Below, piece after piece: positions 57,883-64,000 of a stretch of 64,000 nt of DNA (its first letter is position 1; each line of letters starts with the position of its first letter). The stretch comes from the human T2T-CHM13v2.0 reference genome, Homo sapiens, in NCBI RefSeq assembly GCF_009914755.1, contig NC_060925.1; one strand, 5' to 3'. The position numbers were made by a program, and so were the translations under genes. The notes under the pieces are model-generated. The model was not told the origin of the DNA and did not search any database. It worked only from the letters and a program-made list of their open reading frames with translations.

Positions 57883-58189
57883 CTTTTTTCTTTTCTTTTT
57901 TTTTGACAGAGTCTTGCTCTGTCGCCCAGGCTGGAGTAGAGTGGCACGATCTTGGCTCACTGCAACCTCTGCCTCCAGGGTTCAGTTCAAGCAATTCTCG
58001 TACCTCAGCCTCCCAAGTAGCTGAGATAATAGGCGTGCATCACCAAGCCTGGCTAATTTCTCTACTTTTAGTAGAGACAGGGTTTCACCATGTTGACCAG
58101 ATTGGTTTCGAACTCCTGGCTTCAAGTGATCCACCCACCTCGGCCTCCCAAAGTGCTAAGATTACAGGCATAAGCCACTGCACCCGGCC
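57883..58189 (-). mobile_element. Alu (AluS-like)
   Basis: T-rich tail plus dimer. TSD acattc(c/t)ctctttt starting at 57869 and 58190. Confidence 0.95.
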
Positions 58190-58219
58190 ACATTCTCTCT
58201 TTTCCTTAGATGCAGATAA

Positions 58220-58430
58220 GTCAAGAGAACAGGGGTCTGCAGCCAGAGTTTCTGTGTTTAAACTCCAGATCCTCCACTCATTAGCTGTGTGACCCCAGGC
58301 AAGTGAATTACCGCTCTGTGACTCAGTTTCCTCACCTGTAAAATGCGGCTGAATCTACTTGAGAGACTGCCATGAGGATTAAGTGGGGCAGTGCACATAA
58401 AGGGCTCAGAATCATTCCTGGCACTCTGCA
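58220..58430 (+). mobile_element. MIR SINE
   Basis: cattagctgtgtgaccccaggcaagtgaa...ctcagtttcctcacctgtaaaatg. Confidence 0.85.
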
Positions 58431-59189
58431 GTGAGGCACCTCTCTCTCAGGTCTCTTCAACCCCACCCCCTTCCCCACTAGCCCCATATACCTCTCTGAA
58501 CCCTCAGGATCTGGAACTGAGCCTGGCACAATGTAGTTCCCAGCAGTGCTTTTCAAAGAAATGAACAAATAAATGAATGAACAGTTTAATAATAACTAAT
58601 TCAATTAATTATTTATGGGGAATTTCACTTTGGGAGAAAAGAGGAAAAACACATGCACCTCTAGCACTACTGAGAGCATAGAGCACCTGATGGCTGATAA
58701 AGGCCTTCTCAGACTTGATCCCACTGGATTCTCCCAAGAGCTGTAAGCTGTTGCTAGGTAACATCCAACCTGTCTGAGCAGTAGAGGAAAAGGATGCTGA
58801 GAGGCAGGAACCCCAGGTCACAGATCTAACCCAGGGCAGAGCTGGGCCTCAAGCTGGGGACTCCAGCCTAAACCTTTCACTCCCTCCTTTTGGTGTGTCC
58901 CAACTCCAGAGAGTAGTGGGAGACCACAGTGAAGGCAAGCCAGAATGAATACAGTCAGACATTACACACTGCAGATGGTCAGAAAAATAAATGGCCATGC
59001 TCTGGGTGGTCCAACCACATAGTTCCCATCAGACCAACCAACAACCCATCCCTGCACTGGATGATGCTCAGTGTGTGAGAGACCAAAGGACCAAGAGCCA
59101 TCTTTTGTATAGAATGGGCTTCACTTCAAGACAGACATTGTGAAAATGGGCCAATAATAATAATGAAAATGACCATTACTTAAGCCACC

Positions 59190-59560
59190 ACAGTTAACAT
59201 TCATTAACTCTTACTGTGTGCCAGCCACTCAGCTGTGTGGTTTATATGCATTATCTCATTTATGCCTCACAACAACCCCAGGAGGTAAATACTGTTGTGA
59301 GCACCATTTTTTCAGATATGGAAACAGATGTTCAGCCATCTAGCCAAAGTGGAGGAGCTGGATTTCCAACTCCAGTCCAGTTTCTTCCTTAAGGTATCAA
59401 AAGATCCAAGTAGAAATCCTGGCTCCATCATTTTGAACAAAGTACTTAGCCTCAGTGTCCTCAAAATGAGGGAAAAATGCTTACCTTTCAGGATTGTTTT
59501 AGAAATTTACTGTGATAAACCAGAGGCCTAGCATATAACAGGCACCAAATAGCAATGGCT
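59190..59560. mobile_element. Two MIR fragments, minus then plus
   Basis: cctcacaacaaccccaggaggtaaatac...tcagatatggaaacaga, then gcctcagtgtcctcaaaatgagg. Confidence 0.7.
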
Positions 59561-59861
59561 CTCTTAGGGGCTGGATAGGAAACAGGAAGAATAAAGCCAG
59601 TGGAGGGAGTGTAGAAAGGCTTGTTCTGCATTCCCTCTGCATTTTCCCATCCTGGCACTTCCGTGTAAGTCTGCTTCCTTTCCACCTCATCTCCAGGGGC
59701 CCAAATCCTATCCCACCTGCAAGGTGTCTCTCAAAGCCACCTCCATCAAAAAGCCTCCCCACAAAACTACTGATGGAAGCAGAATATTAAATTACCTCCA
59801 AGACCACCAGCAGGCCTCACCATGCGGGTTCTGTAGTGGTGGGTCAACAAACATCACTGTC

Positions 59862-60373
59862 TATACCCAGAGGACTATAAATCATTCTACCATAGAGACA
59901 CAGGTTTGCTAATGTTCACTGCAGCACTATTCACAATAGCAAAGACATGGAATCAACCTAAATGCCCATCCACAGATTGGATAAAGAAAATGTGGTACAT
60001 ACATGCCATGGAATACTAGGCAGCCATAAAAAAGAATGAGATCATGTCTTTTGTGGGAACACGGATGGAACTAGAAGCTATTACCCTCAGCAAACTAACA
60101 CAGGGACAGAAAACCAAATACTGCATGTTCTCACTTCCAAGTGGGAGCTAAATGACAAGAACTCAGGAACACAAAGAAGGGAGCAACAGACACTGGGGTC
60201 TACCTGAGCGTGGAGGTTAGGAGGAAGGAGAGAAGCAGAAAAGCTAACTACTGGGTACCGGGCTTAATACCTGGGTGATGAAATAATCTGTACAAAAAAC
60301 CCTCTGTGACAGTAGTTTACATACGTAACAAACCTGCACATGTACCCCTGAACCTAAAAGTTTAAAAAAAAAA
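59862..60373 (+). mobile_element. 5'-truncated L1PA (about L1PA12-15) 3' end with poly-A
   Basis: End of ORF2 (gcagcactattcacaatagcaaagac), 3'UTR caacagacactggggtctac...aacctgcacatgtacccctgaacctaaaa, and an A-tail. Confidence 0.92.
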
Positions 60374-61074
60374 TGACAGTCAAGGTCAAGCACAATGACC
60401 AAGCATTGTTATCACCGAAGTCCCCAAGTGGCTCAGTTTACCCATCCTGTGACCAATCCACAGCTCTTCCAGCTGCAACTCGGCCCCAATACAGGGTCTG
60501 GTTCTCAAAAATGTACTATAATCCAGTGGATGCTGGAGCCACCCAGCTGGATATCTGGGGGTCCCAACGCCTGGCACTCTGAAGCAAATCCAGTTCCCTT
60601 TCTGAGCTCAGTAACCACACTGGCAAAAAAAGAAAGAAAAAAAAAAAAAAAGAGGAGCCAGGAACAGACTAACACTAGAAGTGTCCTTGTTGGGGACGGG
60701 AGGGAACGCGGTCGTGCATGTGAAAAGCCTCTGGAAATTGCAAACCGCGATGCAAATGGTTGAAATTATCATTGCCAATTAGGCTTTTGTCTCTTTTCAG
60801 ACTCAAGGCCAAGCAGCTCAAGAAAGGGAAACCGTGTGAACTAAAGCTAAAAGATGAGCCAGAGAGATTTCCAAATGGCTTTCTCCGCTGATATCATTCT
60901 AAAAGGGGCTGTCGAATGGGACCCCAGGCTTAAATTACTAACGGCCATGAAGGCGCATTAAGTCCCCAGGAGATAACACTGGCCAGGAAACTTTAAATAA
61001 CCTTAATAGGGAGGAAGGAGGCAAATCCTTTAAACAGAAGACAAGGAGGGGAAGGCCTGTCCTTTTATCTTTGC

Positions 61075-61530
61075 ACCGTGGCTGCCCGGGCAGGGCTGGC
61101 CGCGCGCCGCGCCGCCTCCTCCACCGCAGGAACGCCTCGCCCCGAGGTGCCTGTCCGCAGGGCTCCGCCTGTGTCGCTGCCTGATCGAGTGACGGGCGAG
61201 GACATACACACTGCGGCCCCCAAGGCGCAGCCGCCCAACCGCTGCTCTTTTAGGAAACGTGCACTTGCGCTCGCGGAGGCCAGGCCAGAGAGGCGGCGCG
61301 GCTCGGGCCAAACGCGTCATGCACAGAGCGCTCGCCTCTGCGCCAGGGCGTGAAATGGGCACAGTCATGCAAGCCTCCCGGGGGAGCGCCAAGGTGAACT
61401 GGAGGTGGAGGGACACCAGCAGGCGGCTTTATGCAGCATGGTCTCTCTCTAGTCGCAGTCCATGCAGAGAGCGGCCAAGCTGAACTGCTCTCGGCCCTCA
61501 AATGCACAACTCGCGCCCCGTCCTCTAGCG
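61075..61530. promoter_or_regulatory. Small CpG island; candidate promoter or enhancer
   Basis: Abrupt high GC and CpG density (gccgcgcgccgcgccg, ggcggcgcggctcggg) in unique sequence, against a CpG-depleted background. Confidence 0.8.
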
Positions 61531-61589
61531 TAGGTGCCTCCAATCTCCTGAGCCTAGTACTCCCTAGCCTTTACCTGGCTTTTTTACTC

Positions 61590-61850
61590 CTTCCGATCTC
61601 AGGTTCACCTGGGCTTCTTCCAGGAAGCCTTCCTGGATCTCCTCAGGGCCAAGGAAGCTGTGCCTCTTCTGTACTCCCACAACACACCACAAGACAAGCC
61701 ACAGCCTCCCTCCTCCCAGCACCTGCACGGATGCTGTGTCCCCTCCCTACCAAGAAAGGAAGCACCTGGGCAACAGCAACGTTCTTCTCGCTCACTACGT
61801 CCAGCACTTATCCCATGTCTGGCACTCAGTAGGAACTAACAAACATTTCT
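61590..61850 (+). mobile_element. L2 3' fragment
   Basis: cttccaggaagccttcctgg...tccagcacttatcccatgtctggcactcagtagg. Confidence 0.7.
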
Positions 61851-61879
61851 TGAAAAGTTGTATAACGATAATTTGAAAA

Positions 61880-62040
61880 TGAAGTAATAACTATGAGCTA
61901 GTATGTACTGAGCATTTGTGTGTGTGGCACTGTGCTGTAGTGCTTTACATTAATCAATTAATCCTCACAGCAATCCTATACAGTTGACATGAGAAAACTG
62001 ACGCACAGACAGCTTATGTAACTACCCCAAGGTTACTTAC
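61880..62040 (-). mobile_element. MIR SINE
   Basis: ttaatcctcacagcaatcctata...atgagaaaactgacgcacaga. Confidence 0.75.
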
Positions 62041-64000
62041 ACTCCCGATAAGTGCACTTATTCTGGGAACTGAAGGAGCACTGGGCCATCCGGCCAATGT
62101 CTGGAAGTCTTCCAGTGGAGGGGACTCCTGAGCTGAGTCTGCACTATGACGTGTAAACTTAAAGACTGACTTTTGGTTCTGAAGGTAGAATCAGACCAGG
62201 ATGTTCCTCTGAATAAGGGAGGTGGGAAGGAGCTTAATGTCTCCTCCTGCCCTTCCTGAGTCAATGGGAAGTAAAGGGAGAATCCCAAGAATGAAGGTGA
62301 CAGAGTGTCAGCATTCAGGGCAGGGGTGGTGGTCAGGTGCTGTTTGGAAAAGCCCAGGTTCTCCCAAGGAAACCACCTTGTCTAAGTCCTTCGGAAGGAA
62401 CACAGAATCCAGCAACAGGTGCAAAGGCAGAGACCACACATCTCTTAAGGCCCTAGGTTGTCCCTCAGAGATGGCCCCAGGGCCCTGACTTTTATAGGCA
62501 TGGTCTGATGACCTCATGGCTCTTTTCCAGTAAAGCCAGGCATTCAGTGTGGCCCAAGTACAATTTACCTACCAGTTCTTTCAAAAAACAATGCTAAAAG
62601 CCAATTACATTGTTGCACCTAAACTCAAACTACTGAGTTATGATTACATGGCATCCATCCAATCTGATGACCATGGATAAAAGTCTTGCTGTAAAGTGAC
62701 ATTTGTTTGACGAGCCCAAGCTTTTAACATGGATGGTCCTCAGGGGCCTTTACCAATTCAAAGGAGTAAGAGTTAGCCAGAAAATAAAAACTGGGAAGGG
62801 GCTCCCAGGTAGAGGGAACAACATGAGCAAATGCATGGAGGCATAACTAAGGAGTATATGTGAGAGGGAGGGAGGGAGATATCATACAGCTCAGCAACCC
62901 TGGTGCTCCAAAACCAAGATAGCAAGCAAAGAATAAAAAGCATTTTAACATGAAAATAAGTGGAGGGATGCTGTGAGCCTGGAGAAGATCATGTGTGCTC
63001 TGGATAGTGAAGAGGAGAAAAACAGAGACTTGTTTGCAAGTAACAGTTGAAAAGGAAGGAAAAAAACCCAAAATATCCCAGGATGGAGATTAATGAATCC
63101 AACAGGGACCCATGAATGTTACAAAGTTTTGACCAAATGGGCCAGCAACAGTACTGAATATGTCTCAGGTGGAAAGCCTAAGAAGTTTCTGAGAATTACA
63201 GAGGCCAAGACATAGTCCCTTTTTAGCATCCAGAGCTGCCAACACTCCAACCACAGAATATACCACAAAGCCCCAACTTCAGAACTGGAGAACATTCAAT
63301 CTAATTTTGTAATCAATTGTGAGCACATTTTGAGCTAGGTTTGAATCAGAAGAGAAAAGACTGCCTGAGAAAAAAGTATAAACAAAATATATAAGTGCTG
63401 AAAGAATGTCGTAAAATGCCATAAATAATTCCACAGAGGGGAAAAATATATGTGGCTGGGTCATTAAGTAAAGCTTTGGCCCAAGTCTTTCTGAGCAGAT
63501 TAGACCTGGGAACATTCTAGGAAGACTTCCTGGAGGAGGTACAGCTTTAAGCTGAGCCTTGAAAAATCTCAGGATTCAGAAATAGAATAGAAAAGGAGGA
63601 AATTCCTAAAGAGGGAGGGGGCCTAGCAGAAGCAACGGCGTTTCCAAGCTTGGGGCAACAGTTTTGTGTTCCAGCGGATATAGTGCACAGATTTAAAAGC
63701 CTGTGGATCCTGGAGGAGCTGCTCGGCGAGACGGCTTGGCAGCCGCTGAACAGAACTGAAGGCTCGGCCACCGGCTGCCTGTGGATTAAGTGGGCGGACA
63801 GAGAGCCAGTGATGGGAGATAAAAGGGAGTGAAGTGGATAATATTTAGAAGCAAACTCAAGGGGAAAAGAGCGTCAGCAGCCCGGCTGGCAGGCTGTGGC
63901 GCTCACGCCGGCATTCTTGTTTCCTCCCTAGGAAAGCTGCATTACCAGGCGACCTCTTCTTGGCTTTGAGAGACGTCCAAATGGGAACTATTAACAAAGG

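Noticed and set aside
57549-58292. 247-aa ORF
   Set aside because: It has a non-ATG start, a low-complexity first half, and a second half that translates an antisense Alu.
61030-61832. Overlapping Arg/Ala/Pro-rich ORFs at the CpG island
   Set aside because: Open frames on both strands are expected from high GC, and none resembles a known protein.

Overview
This window is primate genomic DNA, most likely human or another catarrhine, judged from AluY, AluS, AluJ and L1PA elements. It is intronic or intergenic. I find no convincing host protein-coding exon, tRNA, rRNA or CRISPR array, and I could not identify the host locus from sequence alone. The main feature is a full-length (~6.15 kb) LINE-1 of about L1PA5 age at 33097-39249, with a 15-bp target-site duplication (TSD). 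Its ORF1 and ORF2 are disabled, but its antisense ORF0 frame is uninterrupted. The window also holds seven Alus, several MaLR/ERVL solo LTRs, hAT MITEs (MER5A, MER96-like, MER3), old L1M fragments and many MIR/L2 relics (only a representative subset is listed). Other points worth a look are: a ~680-bp compound (CAT/CAC)n array with higher-order structure; a perfect palindromic steroid-receptor element among GATA and FOX motifs near 40.5 kb; a G-tract at 42.1 kb; a CRE/FOX cluster at 55.5 kb; a small CpG island at 61.1-61.5 kb; and a few candidate non-coding exons. I do not see evidence for a new multi-gene biological system. Repeat subfamily names come from my recall of consensus sequences and need RepeatMasker/Dfam confirmation.
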